Below, one piece after another: positions 7,922 through 16,903 of a stretch of 64,000 bases of DNA (position 1 is its first letter; each line of letters begins with the position of its first letter). Position numbers and translations under genes: made by a program. Under the pieces are notes generated by a model, which saw nothing but the letters and a program-made list of their open reading frames with translations, was not told the origin of the DNA and did not search any database. The stretch lies in assembly GCA_041649175.1 (NCBI GenBank), contig JBAZNR010000003.1, forward strand, positions 15,449-79,448. Direction: 5' to 3'. The stretch comes from Candidatus Omnitrophota bacterium (GTDB lineage: Bacteria > Omnitrophota > Gorgyraeia > Zapsychrales > JBAZNR01).

Positions 7922-8386
7922 ATGAGCAGGCAATTTCAAAATAAGAAAGTTTTGCTAAGGGGGCTAACGCTCGTAGAGACATTAGTCACAACTGTTGTTT
8001 TTTCTCTAGCTTTCTTGGGGGTCTTGTTCAGCTATGTGACTTGCCTTGAACTTAGTGAAATTGCTAAAAATTCATCCCAAGCCCTATTTGCTGTCAAATC
8101 ACAAATAGAAACAATAAAGAATACAAATTTTGATCAAGTAAAAACGGCATATAACAATACTTCATATGCAGCGGCTAATTTAGTGGGTATTGGAGTAAGC
8201 TATATCGATGATTCAAATCCAAGATTACTTTTCATTGTTAGCACGTTTTGTTGGCGGCAACCTAATGGCCGCGTAATCGGGGAGGACAGAAATCTCAACG
8301 CGCAACTCGATGCGGGAGAAGATCTAAATGGTAATGGCCGATTGGATTCTTTGGTGACAACGGTTGATTATATTTATGATCGGTGA
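7922..8386 (+). CDS. Minor pilin / prepilin-type N-terminal domain protein (start moved to the ATG at 7922 with an RBS)
   Basis: KVLLRGLTLVETLVTTVVFSLAF is a class III signal peptide with Gly-1 and Glu+5. Confidence 0.7.
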   Translation: MSRQFQNKKVLLRGLTLVETLVTTVVFSLAFLGVLFSYVTCLELSEIAKNSSQALFAVKSQIETIKNTNFDQVKTAYNNTSYAAANLVGIGVSYIDDSNPRLLFIVSTFCWRQPNGRVIGEDRNLNAQLDAGEDLNGNGRLDSLVTTVDYIYDR

Positions 8387-8392
8387 AAAACA

Positions 8393-9058
8393 ATGCAAGA
8401 AAACTCTTTTAAAAGAAATGTAAAAGGATTTACCCTAACCGAGGTTTTGATAACACTTGGCATCTTCTCTATTATGGGCGCGGGGATCTTTATCGTCTTA
8501 TCAGGCGGTAAATCAACCTGGTTTGACACGGATACGAGTATTGAATTGCAACAAGACTTAAGGATCGTTCTTGAGAAAACGACGCGAGAATTACATGAGT
8601 CTGGATTTGACAAAAACGGAGTTTTACAGGCTAATATTAACGATGGCGTTGGCCCGAATGGAACTGATACTCTAAGGTTTTCGATCCCTACCGTTTGCCA
8701 TGGCGGGGATAGCGTGGTTGATAGTAGCGGCGACGTTGTGCATTGGCGTGCTCCGTTAATCTGGGGCTGTACACAATCAAGCTGCATGGATGCTGACAAT
8801 GATTGTAATACCATTGATTATCAGTTTATAGAATATGGCGTGGATGCTCAAGATCAGTTTGTGCGAAAAGTGATCAGCGGGGCGGGCCTTGTTGTGAGGC
8901 AAGATATTTTCGCCAATAATATTAGTGACTTTCAAGTTGATGCCACGGTGGATGGAGGGCTTGTTACGTTAAGTATTAGCGCGCAGAAAAACTCACCGAC
9001 CGGAAGAGCATTGTCGGCAGCTGCCAGCATGGCCGTATATTTAAGGAATCGAGGGTAA
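8393..9058 (+). CDS. Minor pilin (PilW/PilV-like) with prepilin N-terminal domain
   Basis: RNVKGFTLTEVLITLGIFSIMGAGIFIV is a class III signal. The C-terminal region has Cys pairs. Confidence 0.7.
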   Translation: MQENSFKRNVKGFTLTEVLITLGIFSIMGAGIFIVLSGGKSTWFDTDTSIELQQDLRIVLEKTTRELHESGFDKNGVLQANINDGVGPNGTDTLRFSIPTVCHGGDSVVDSSGDVVHWRAPLIWGCTQSSCMDADNDCNTIDYQFIEYGVDAQDQFVRKVISGAGLVVRQDIFANNISDFQVDATVDGGLVTLSISAQKNSPTGRALSAAASMAVYLRNRG

Positions 9059-9062
9059 AGCT

Positions 9063-10766
9063 ATGAATAAGAAAAATACAAAAGGGACAGTTTTGATCGT
9101 TTCTCTGATGGCTGTTACGGTCCTCCTTATTTTGGGTGCGATGTTTATCGTTCGAGCCATCTCAGAAAAAGCTGCTTCTGACCGTGAACGTATGCTGACC
9201 CAAGCTTTTTATTTGGCCGACGGTGGTAGTCAGGTTGGAATTAATCAGATGGATGTATTGATCAATACGAATTTGATGGCCACTGTCAACAATACAAATC
9301 CGCAAGTTATTGCGAATGATGCAGCAGGTTATGTTGCTTCTGGTGATGGTTTAGGTTTTTTGATCCAGTATGCGCGCGATGGTGGCGCAGCACAATTTAT
9401 ATTGAATGGTGCGCAAGCACGTTATACGGGATCGGTTATTGCGGCGGGAAGCGGAACGTATCAGCACAGCATTATTGTTACCGAGAAGGGCAATCCGATT
9501 GCTGTAACTCCGGAGCAATGGGATTTTCCGTACTATTATCGGATTGAAACAACCGGAACTGTCGGTGGCGTTGTGCGAAAAATAGCCTTAACGGGCGATT
9601 TTACAGTTCGTGTCCAGAGAGATAATTTTGCGCGTTTTGCCTTATTCACAGATCATCACAGCTTGCCAAGCGGCGGGACAGTCTGGTTTACGAGCCGGAC
9701 AAATTTTTCTGGGCCGCTCCATACAAACGAACGCTATAGTTTTGCGTTTAATCCAAGTGGAACTTTTGACGGCATGGTTACCCAACATCATAATAGCGCC
9801 AGGTTTCATAATGGTGGGTCGTCTATTTTATCGGATGCGGATCAAAATGCTTCCATTGATGTTCCGGTATTTAATAGTGATTATGAACGTGGCGTTTCTG
9901 AAGTCAATCTGGAGTCATCTGTTCAGCAACAAGATCTCATTGACCAAGCCAGGGGCACCGACACAACGCCGGGTAACGGCATTTTTGTTGCCAATAATGG
10001 GAGCAATCTTATTGGAGGAATTTTTGTTAGAGGCGACTGCAATGTCAATATGAGCGTTAATGGAAGCGGAAACGCTGTTTATACGATCACGCAAGGCGCG
10101 ACAACAAAAATTGTCACGGTCGATATTTCCGGGAATCAAACAACTGTTCAGACGGTTGCAGGCCCGATCCAAACTTTTTCCGGACTTCCGGATGGCGTTG
10201 ATGATGTTGGAACTATTCTTTATGTTGATGGAGCGATTTCCAGCCTCGGAGGAACGGTTCAGCGAGACACAAAGCTAACAGTTGCCAGTCAAAATGATGT
10301 TATTTTGACGAACCATGTCATGTATGAAGATTATACTCCGGCTGTCGGAACGCCGGGAACTCCGGGATATGTTGCCCCACATGCTGACGACACGAATAAC
10401 ATGCTGGGCATTGTTTCCTGGGGAGGCGACGTGAGGATCGGCACAGTAGCTCCGGACGACATAAATATTCATGGCTCTGTTATGGCGCGTAACGGTGTTC
10501 TTACCGTCGATAACTATGACGATACGGCTGTTGGATCTCGCGGTGTTACAACGCTTTTAGGAGGGTCTATTACTCAGTTCTATGGTGCGTTTGGACAATT
10601 TAATAGCGTAACGGAACAGCAGATTTCTGGTTATGGCCGCAATTTTGTATATGACAATAGAATGTCTTTAGGGGCTGCGCCTCCGTATTTCCCGAGTATG
10701 CGAACATTCATTGCATTTACAAATGACTTAACCGATAAAATCACTTGGCAAGAGGGAGGATTTTAA
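9063..10766 (+). CDS. Large PilX-N-domain pilus-associated protein (possible tip adhesin, beta-rich repeat region)
   Basis: The N-terminus KGTVLIVSLMAVTVLLILGAMFIVRA resembles PilX N-terminal domains, which are hydrophobic and lack Glu+5. It is followed by about 500 aa rich in G/T/S/N/D. It sits in a minor-pilin operon. Confidence 0.55.
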   Translation: MNKKNTKGTVLIVSLMAVTVLLILGAMFIVRAISEKAASDRERMLTQAFYLADGGSQVGINQMDVLINTNLMATVNNTNPQVIANDAAGYVASGDGLGFLIQYARDGGAAQFILNGAQARYTGSVIAAGSGTYQHSIIVTEKGNPIAVTPEQWDFPYYYRIETTGTVGGVVRKIALTGDFTVRVQRDNFARFALFTDHHSLPSGGTVWFTSRTNFSGPLHTNERYSFAFNPSGTFDGMVTQHHNSARFHNGGSSILSDADQNASIDVPVFNSDYERGVSEVNLESSVQQQDLIDQARGTDTTPGNGIFVANNGSNLIGGIFVRGDCNVNMSVNGSGNAVYTITQGATTKIVTVDISGNQTTVQTVAGPIQTFSGLPDGVDDVGTILYVDGAISSLGGTVQRDTKLTVASQNDVILTNHVMYEDYTPAVGTPGTPGYVAPHADDTNNMLGIVSWGGDVRIGTVAPDDINIHGSVMARNGVLTVDNYDDTAVGSRGVTTLLGGSITQFYGAFGQFNSVTEQQISGYGRNFVYDNRMSLGAAPPYFPSMRTFIAFTNDLTDKITWQEGGF

Positions 10767-11089
10767 TGTCAGAACAATCTCCAAGTACTCATCCGATGCG
10801 AAAGGTTTTTTTGATCATAGCCATTGTTTTAGTCATGGTCATGTTAGCTGTGAGTATGTTTATGAAAAGATCAGTGGAAGACGCGGAAGTTTCTTATCGA
10901 CCTGAAAAAGCTCAAACAGGTTTAGAAGTAAAGCCTATCGTGAATAATAGTCAGATAGAAAAGAAAAGCGTAGCACCTTCTGTCAGCGTTCCCAAGAAAT
11001 CTGCTGGAAAGGCTGCAAAAAGAGACGCTCAACCCGAAAAAGAAATTATCTATGAAGCTCCCCTAAAGAGCAATATTTTGATACAATAG
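10766..11089 (+). CDS. Hypothetical small single-pass membrane protein (ATG overlapping the upstream stop as TAATG)
   Basis: A TM helix (VFLIIAIVLVMVMLAVSMF) is followed by a K/E/P-rich, apparently disordered tail. I found no homology I recognise. Confidence 0.35.
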   Translation: MSEQSPSTHPMRKVFLIIAIVLVMVMLAVSMFMKRSVEDAEVSYRPEKAQTGLEVKPIVNNSQIEKKSVAPSVSVPKKSAGKAAKRDAQPEKEIIYEAPLKSNILIQ

Positions 11090-11101
11090 TTTTCATCAGC
11101 A

Positions 11102-12175
11102 ATGAAAAGCCTACTAAATAAATATATTTCTTTTACCAACCGATTTGCTCCTAAGAGAGTCATTGAACCGTTCGTTGGCCTTGATATTGGCGCGAGCTCA
11201 TGCAAAGCTGTTGAGCTTGTCGTATGTGAAGATTCTTCGCGGGAAATTCTCAATTGGGCCGTGGAACCCTTAAACGAACTTAATGTCATTCAAAGCGTAA
11301 GGAAAGTCTTAGCTAAGCTTAACACAACTACGAAAAATTTTGCGACAGCAATTTCCGGGCAAGGAACGTTAGTCCGTTATATCGATATGCCCAGAATGTC
11401 CTTAGAAGACTTGCGCCGGTCTGTTGATGTGGAAGCTGACAAGCATTTTCCTTTTCCTAAAGATAAGATTTATACAGATTGTTGTATTCTTGATCCTCAA
11501 GGAAAAGACAGCAAGATGGCTGTTCTTATTGCGGCGGCGAAAAAAGAGGTCATTGCCCAGCGGCTCAAAATGCTTTCTGAGATCAATCTTCCGTCTGATT
11601 TTGTCGGTATCAACGCCATTGCTCTCGTCAATGCTTTTAATACCTTTCCGCCCCAAAACCTGGGCCAGAATTCTGCGCCACAATCTGGAAAATCCAACAT
11701 CATTGCTATTTTAGACATCGGCGACGTGGTGAGTAATTTGATCATCACAAAAGATAGCGTGCCCAGATTTACTCGGGATATTTTCATTGGAGGGCGGGAG
11801 CTTAACCGGCGCATTGCCAACGCTCTTAACGTCAACATGGAAGAAGCCGAAAAGATCAAATGCCAGCCCCAAGATAGATCTGAAAATGTTTTGCTTGCAT
11901 GCGATTCAACGCTCATTAATTTAGCATCCGAAATACGCCTTTCCTTTGATTATTTAGCGACGGAAAATAATATGCAAGTTAGCCGATTGTTTGCTACCGG
12001 AGGGTCGGCCATGTTTTCCGGCATTACTGACTTTCTTGCGAAGAATCTTGAGATCCCGGTTGAATTGTGGGATCCGTTTCTCTCTTTAAAATTATCACCT
12101 CAAGTTTCCCGATCAGAAATTGAAAAGAATTCGAGCCAACTGGCTGTAGCCCTAGGACTTGCCTTATGCTCCTAA
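11102..12175 (+). CDS. pilM: PilM type IV pilus assembly protein (second copy)
   Basis: FVGLDIGASSCKAVEL is an actin-like fold motif. It immediately precedes pilN with a 10-nt overlap. Confidence 0.8.
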   Translation: MKSLLNKYISFTNRFAPKRVIEPFVGLDIGASSCKAVELVVCEDSSREILNWAVEPLNELNVIQSVRKVLAKLNTTTKNFATAISGQGTLVRYIDMPRMSLEDLRRSVDVEADKHFPFPKDKIYTDCCILDPQGKDSKMAVLIAAAKKEVIAQRLKMLSEINLPSDFVGINAIALVNAFNTFPPQNLGQNSAPQSGKSNIIAILDIGDVVSNLIITKDSVPRFTRDIFIGGRELNRRIANALNVNMEEAEKIKCQPQDRSENVLLACDSTLINLASEIRLSFDYLATENNMQVSRLFATGGSAMFSGITDFLAKNLEIPVELWDPFLSLKLSPQVSRSEIEKNSSQLAVALGLALCS

Positions 12176-12768
12176 TTGACATTAATTTACTTCCGCCTGA
12201 TCTGCGAAAAAAGCGCGGTTCAAAAACCAGCAAGGACGCGATTGGAAATATCACCAATATACCTAAAGAAATGGTCTTTGGCTTGGTGGGCGGCCTTTTC
12301 TTTCTTTTAGTTGTTTTTAACTTGCTTTTGTTTGTGGTGACGTGTTTTAAATGGGTCCAATATTCTCGGGGGAATAAGCAGTGGGAGATCATCGCTCTCG
12401 ATAAAAAAAAGGTTGATAGCGTTTTAGGAGAGATGCGTTCTCTCCAAAGCAAAATTGCTTCAGTAGAGAAAGTTACAACGGGAAAAAGAATTTGCTGGGC
12501 TCAGAAGCTAAATGAATTGAGTAATAATATTCCCAAAGGGGTTTGGCTGAATAAGATTTCCTTAAGCGAAAAAGTGCTTTTGATCGATGGAAGCTCTGTG
12601 TCAAAAGTTGGTGAAGAAATGATCAGTGTCGGGAATTTTGCGTCAAATCTAAAGAATCAAAAGACATTTATGAATGGCTTAAAAAATGTTGAAGTAGGCT
12701 CTATTCAGCGCCGAAAAGTTCAATCTATTGAGATCGCGGATTTCTTGATTACGGTTAAATTGCAATGA
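12166..12768 (+). CDS. pilN: PilN type IV pilus assembly protein (second copy)
   Basis: The N-terminus MLLIDINLLPPDLRKKR carries the INLLP PilM-binding motif. It is followed by a TM helix and a periplasmic domain. Confidence 0.85.
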   Translation: MLLIDINLLPPDLRKKRGSKTSKDAIGNITNIPKEMVFGLVGGLFFLLVVFNLLLFVVTCFKWVQYSRGNKQWEIIALDKKKVDSVLGEMRSLQSKIASVEKVTTGKRICWAQKLNELSNNIPKGVWLNKISLSEKVLLIDGSSVSKVGEEMISVGNFASNLKNQKTFMNGLKNVEVGSIQRRKVQSIEIADFLITVKLQ

Positions 12769-13382
12769 AAAAAATTATCCCAGATAAGATCTTAAATATT
12801 TTATTGCAGGCAACAGAAAAAAATGGCCAATATATCCTCATCGGCGTTTTACTTGGCATCTTTCTTTTAATGTATGCTATTGTTACGCGCCCTATTTTAA
12901 ACAATCTTACGAAGATCAGCCCTAAAATTACTTTGCTTTCTAAGGATTATCGACAAGCTTTGTCTGATATTAAGAATGTTGAAAATTATCAAGCCCAGGT
13001 TGTGCAATTTCGAGAAAAAATGAAAACGGTCGGGCTCAAGATTCTTTCTAAAGAAGAAATTCCCGCGATTCTAGAAAATATCTCGAGACTTGCCGGGCAA
13101 TCTAAGGTGCACATTAGTCAGATCATGCCGCTTAAAGAATCACAGGAATTAATCCTATCGAATGATGAAGGGAAGTACTACTCGCTTCCTATTTTGGTGA
13201 ATGCCCGCGGAGGTTACCATGATATTGGGCGTTTTTTTAATAAAATAGAGAACGATAAGATCTTTATGAGCGTGATAGACTTTGATATTGCGGCAACCAG
13301 CGATGATCCCTTAAAACATTTGGCCAAAATTACGATTAAAGCATTTATCCTCGAGAAAATCGAAGGCAAGGAGGCAAAATGA
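12765..13382 (+). CDS. pilO: PilO type IV pilus assembly protein (second copy)
   Basis: It has a TM helix and a coiled-coil domain, and sits in the canonical position with a 4-nt overlap with pilN. Confidence 0.7.
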   Translation: MKKIIPDKILNILLQATEKNGQYILIGVLLGIFLLMYAIVTRPILNNLTKISPKITLLSKDYRQALSDIKNVENYQAQVVQFREKMKTVGLKILSKEEIPAILENISRLAGQSKVHISQIMPLKESQELILSNDEGKYYSLPILVNARGGYHDIGRFFNKIENDKIFMSVIDFDIAATSDDPLKHLAKITIKAFILEKIEGKEAK

Positions 13383-13723
13383 ACATCCTTGCTTTTATGG
13401 CAGTATTTTTCGTTTCGGTTCTTGTCTGGGCCCAAGATGCTGATTTTACGTATAGCGACCAGGGGAAGCGTGATCCTCTTTGGCGGCTCGTTACTCCCAG
13501 CGGATCGATTATTAATTATGATTCCGATGTCCTTGTTTCGGATATGATTTTAGAAGGGATCATTTTTGATCCTAGCGGCAAAAGCCTCGCTATTATAAAC
13601 GGCAATGTCGTTGAGCAAAATCGTCGTATTGGCCCGTTTGTTGTTTCAAAGATCGAAGCAAAGCGAGTAACGTTAACCAAGGGGCAAGAAAATTTTGTTT
13701 TAGAATTGAAAAAGGAGGAATGA
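13379..13723 (+). CDS. pilP: PilP-like small secreted protein (second copy)
   Basis: It has a signal peptide (MNILAFMAVFFVSVLVWAQDA) and is small and beta-rich. It lies between pilO and the secretin with a 4-nt overlap. Confidence 0.55.
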   Translation: MNILAFMAVFFVSVLVWAQDADFTYSDQGKRDPLWRLVTPSGSIINYDSDVLVSDMILEGIIFDPSGKSLAIINGNVVEQNRRIGPFVVSKIEAKRVTLTKGQENFVLELKKEE

Positions 13724-13724
13724 G

Positions 13725-15215
13725 ATGACACAAAAAGCGGTCATCGCGATATTTATTCTTTGCTTAACCTGTTTTGCGGTTTACGCGCAAGATAGCGGTG
13801 AAGCTGTCAGCTCTACGGATGAATCTTCCGTTTCAGCTGTCGCCGAAGCAACCGATAATGAAAGCGCGTTAGCGCCATCTGATGGCGAGCAAGCAGTTTT
13901 CCCCGGAACAATAGAGCCGACAGTTTCACTGGAAACAAATCCGGCTACCCCGGAGCTTTCAACATTGCCTGATCCCGGGCATGTTACTCTTGATTTTCGC
14001 GATGCTGAGATACGAAATGTTTTAAGGATCTTAGCGTATAAAAGCGGTGTTAACATTGTTGCCGGCCCGGAAGTAACGGGCTTAGTAACGATCCAGCTTA
14101 ACAATGTTCCCTGGGAAGAAGCCCTAAAAGTCATTCTCGAAACATATGGCTACGGATATGACAAAAGAGGGAACATCATCTTGGTCACAACGGTAGATAA
14201 TCTTAAGAAAAGGCGGGAAGATAATCAATTATTGTCGGAGCAAGAGCCGCTGATGACCAAGACATTTGTCCTTAATTATGCAAAGGCAGAGGAAATTGTC
14301 TCTTCCATTGAGAAAATGAAGACGGCACGCGGCAGCGTGAACTTTGATTCCCGGACGAACTCTATCATCCTTCGCGATACTTCAAGCAACCTTGCGCTGA
14401 TCAGTGATATCATGCCTTCTTTAGACGCCACAACACCCCAGGTTTTAATTGAGGCAAAAATAATCGAAGCAACGCTTAGCAATACGGAGAATTTGGGTAT
14501 TGACTGGGTGGCTAAAGCGGCAGCATCGGGGTCAGAGCGGCCTACGATCTTTCCTTTTACGACGATATCTGAAAATAGGTATCTTCCTGATAATATTCCG
14601 GCGGCAGGGGCTGATTTATTTACTTATGGAACGCTTGATTTCTCGCAATTTTCGGCCGTTTTAGAATTGCTTAAAAACAGGTCAGATACCAACATTCTTT
14701 CTAATCCTCGCATTGTCACTTTAGATAATCAAAAAGCAAGCATTACGGTGGGGACACAATATCCCATTCCGACATATACGTACAACGAAGAGCAGGCCAG
14801 GCTCCAGGTGTCGGGCTGGGAATATAAAGATATTGGAATTATTTTTGAGGTAACGCCCCATGTTAATAATGCGGGGTTTGTTACGATGGATATTCAACCC
14901 AAGGTAACGGCGATCTTGGATTATGTAACTGTTGAAAACACTTCGCTTCCCAGGCTCAGCTCAGAATCTGCCACGACAAAAGTGATGATCAAAGATGGTT
15001 ATACTCTTGTCATCGCGGGGCTCATCAAAAATCAGGCAACCGACGTTAAGAAAAAGATCCCTTTTCTGGGGGATATTCCTATCGCGGGTTTAGCATTTCA
15101 GAAAAGTGAAAAGACAATGACTAAAACGGATCTGTTGATTTTTATGACGCCACATATCATTACTGCCAACGAGCCTGTGGTTTTGAAAGAAGCAACAACC
15201 ACGCCGAAGCCATAG
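13725..15215 (+). CDS. pilQ: Secretin PilQ (second copy)
   Basis: It has a signal peptide and an N0 domain (DFRDAEIRNVLRILAYKSGVNIVAGPEVTGLVTIQLNNVPWEEALKVIL). The secretin domain follows (VIAGLIKNQATDVKKKIPFLGDIPIAGLAFQ...IFMTPHII). Confidence 0.85.
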   Translation: MTQKAVIAIFILCLTCFAVYAQDSGEAVSSTDESSVSAVAEATDNESALAPSDGEQAVFPGTIEPTVSLETNPATPELSTLPDPGHVTLDFRDAEIRNVLRILAYKSGVNIVAGPEVTGLVTIQLNNVPWEEALKVILETYGYGYDKRGNIILVTTVDNLKKRREDNQLLSEQEPLMTKTFVLNYAKAEEIVSSIEKMKTARGSVNFDSRTNSIILRDTSSNLALISDIMPSLDATTPQVLIEAKIIEATLSNTENLGIDWVAKAAASGSERPTIFPFTTISENRYLPDNIPAAGADLFTYGTLDFSQFSAVLELLKNRSDTNILSNPRIVTLDNQKASITVGTQYPIPTYTYNEEQARLQVSGWEYKDIGIIFEVTPHVNNAGFVTMDIQPKVTAILDYVTVENTSLPRLSSESATTKVMIKDGYTLVIAGLIKNQATDVKKKIPFLGDIPIAGLAFQKSEKTMTKTDLLIFMTPHIITANEPVVLKEATTTPKP

Positions 15216-15236
15216 TCAAATTGCAAAAGAGGAAAA

Positions 15237-16532
15237 ATGTCAAAAGAAATACTCATTCATATTAAAGAGGGTGAGCGTTACGCGGCTGTTATTGAAGACG
15301 GAAAGCTCGATGATTTTCATATCGAATTAGACCGCCAAGACTCTACCCTGGGAAACATCTACAAAGGAAAAGTTGAAACCATTCTTCCGTCAATTAATGG
15401 AGCCTTCGTTAATATCGGCCATGAAAAAAACGGTTTTTTGTATCTTACGGATGCCATTAACCCTTTAGTCGAGGCAGAGATATCACCGACCAAGCGTTTC
15501 ATCAATAAGCTTCTTAACCGCCCGGAAAAGAAAGAAAAAAAAGATCATAAGCCTATTCCATTTAAAGAAGGCGACGAGGTCTTAGTCCAGGTTGTTAAAG
15601 AACCGTTTGGAACCAAGGGCGCGCGTTTAACAACGCATATTAGCCTTGCCGGGCGATTTGTTGTTTATATGCCTTATGATCAGCATGTTGGAGTCTCCAA
15701 ACGCATTGAGGAAGGCGAAGAACGTCATCGCCTAAAAGAATTATTAAAGGAACTTGATTTTGGGCAGACCGGAGGTTTTATCGTCCGGACGGCATCATTG
15801 CAAAAAGGCAAGCGGGAGCTTATTCGGGACGCAAAATTCTTGATCACTGTCTGGCGAAAGATCAAAAAGTTAGCCGAAGAAAAAAGCGCACCAGCTCTTA
15901 TCTATAAGGAATACGATCTAGTTTGGCGGGTTATTCGGGATTACTTGAGAGAAGACGTCGATAAAGTCTTTGTTGACTCTCAGGAAGAGTATGGTAAGAT
16001 ACGCCGATTTGTCCACAATTTGATCGGAAAAGAAATGCTGGACAAAATTCACTGTTACAAGGGTGAAGCCCCGATCTTTGAAGCAAAGAATGTCTCTCGG
16101 CAGTTGGAAAAGATTTACGATAAGCGGGTTTATCTTAAATCGGGCGCTTATATTGTTATTGAACCAACGGAAGGGTTGATCGTCGTTGATGTCAATAGCG
16201 GGCGCTTTAAGGCTAATGCTTCACCGGAAGAAGCTGCCTTTCTGGTCAATAAAGAAGCAGCCCCCGAAATTGCCAGGCAGTTGCGTTTAAGGGATTTAGG
16301 TGGTATCATTGTCATTGATTTTATCGATATGTCGAGAGAAAACCATAAAAGGCAAGTGGTTGATGCTCTTGAGCTTGCTTTAGAAAAAGATTATGCCAAG
16401 ACGGAAGTTATGAAAATATCGTCTTTGGGATTAGTGGAAATGACCAGGGCGAGGACGGGAAAGACTTTGGAGTCTATCTCGTTTCAAGATTGCCCTTATT
16501 GTGACGGCCGCGGTCGAATTAAAATTGACTAA
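15237..16532 (+). CDS. rng: Ribonuclease G / RNase E-G family endoribonuclease
   Basis: S1-domain N-terminus (GNIYKGKVETILPSINGAFVNIG), the catalytic DNase-I-like region and the C-terminal Zn-link CPYCDGRG all match RNase G. Confidence 0.85.
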   Translation: MSKEILIHIKEGERYAAVIEDGKLDDFHIELDRQDSTLGNIYKGKVETILPSINGAFVNIGHEKNGFLYLTDAINPLVEAEISPTKRFINKLLNRPEKKEKKDHKPIPFKEGDEVLVQVVKEPFGTKGARLTTHISLAGRFVVYMPYDQHVGVSKRIEEGEERHRLKELLKELDFGQTGGFIVRTASLQKGKRELIRDAKFLITVWRKIKKLAEEKSAPALIYKEYDLVWRVIRDYLREDVDKVFVDSQEEYGKIRRFVHNLIGKEMLDKIHCYKGEAPIFEAKNVSRQLEKIYDKRVYLKSGAYIVIEPTEGLIVVDVNSGRFKANASPEEAAFLVNKEAAPEIARQLRLRDLGGIIVIDFIDMSRENHKRQVVDALELALEKDYAKTEVMKISSLGLVEMTRARTGKTLESISFQDCPYCDGRGRIKID

Positions 16533-16576
16533 AGGATTATCGCAATAAAAAGCAACGTTTCTTAAGGAGGATTACG

Positions 16577-16894
16577 ATGTTAGCAATCGTGCAGGTTGGT
16601 TCATCTCAGTACAAGGTTTCCGAGGGTGACTTGATTGATACGCAGATCTTAGACGAAAAAGAAGGTAAAGCCGTTACGATCGACAAAGTTTTATTGTTTC
16701 AAGATGGTGATACGGTTAAAATTGGCCAGCCATTCTTAAGCGACGTCAAGGTCACGGCAAAAGTTTCCCGCCATCATTTGGCCGATAAAGTTGTTTCTTT
16801 TAAATATTCTCGCCGAGAAGGCTGGGAATGGAAAAAGGGCCATCGCCAAAAGCTTACTCGCCTTCAGATCACAAAAATCTCTTCCGGTAAATAA
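16577..16894 (+). CDS. rplU: 50S ribosomal protein L21
   Basis: MLAIVQVGSSQYKVSEGDLID is the L21 signature. It lies upstream of obg. Confidence 0.9.
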   Translation: MLAIVQVGSSQYKVSEGDLIDTQILDEKEGKAVTIDKVLLFQDGDTVKIGQPFLSDVKVTAKVSRHHLADKVVSFKYSRREGWEWKKGHRQKLTRLQITKISSGK

Positions 16895-16903
16895 GCTAAC
16901 CCT

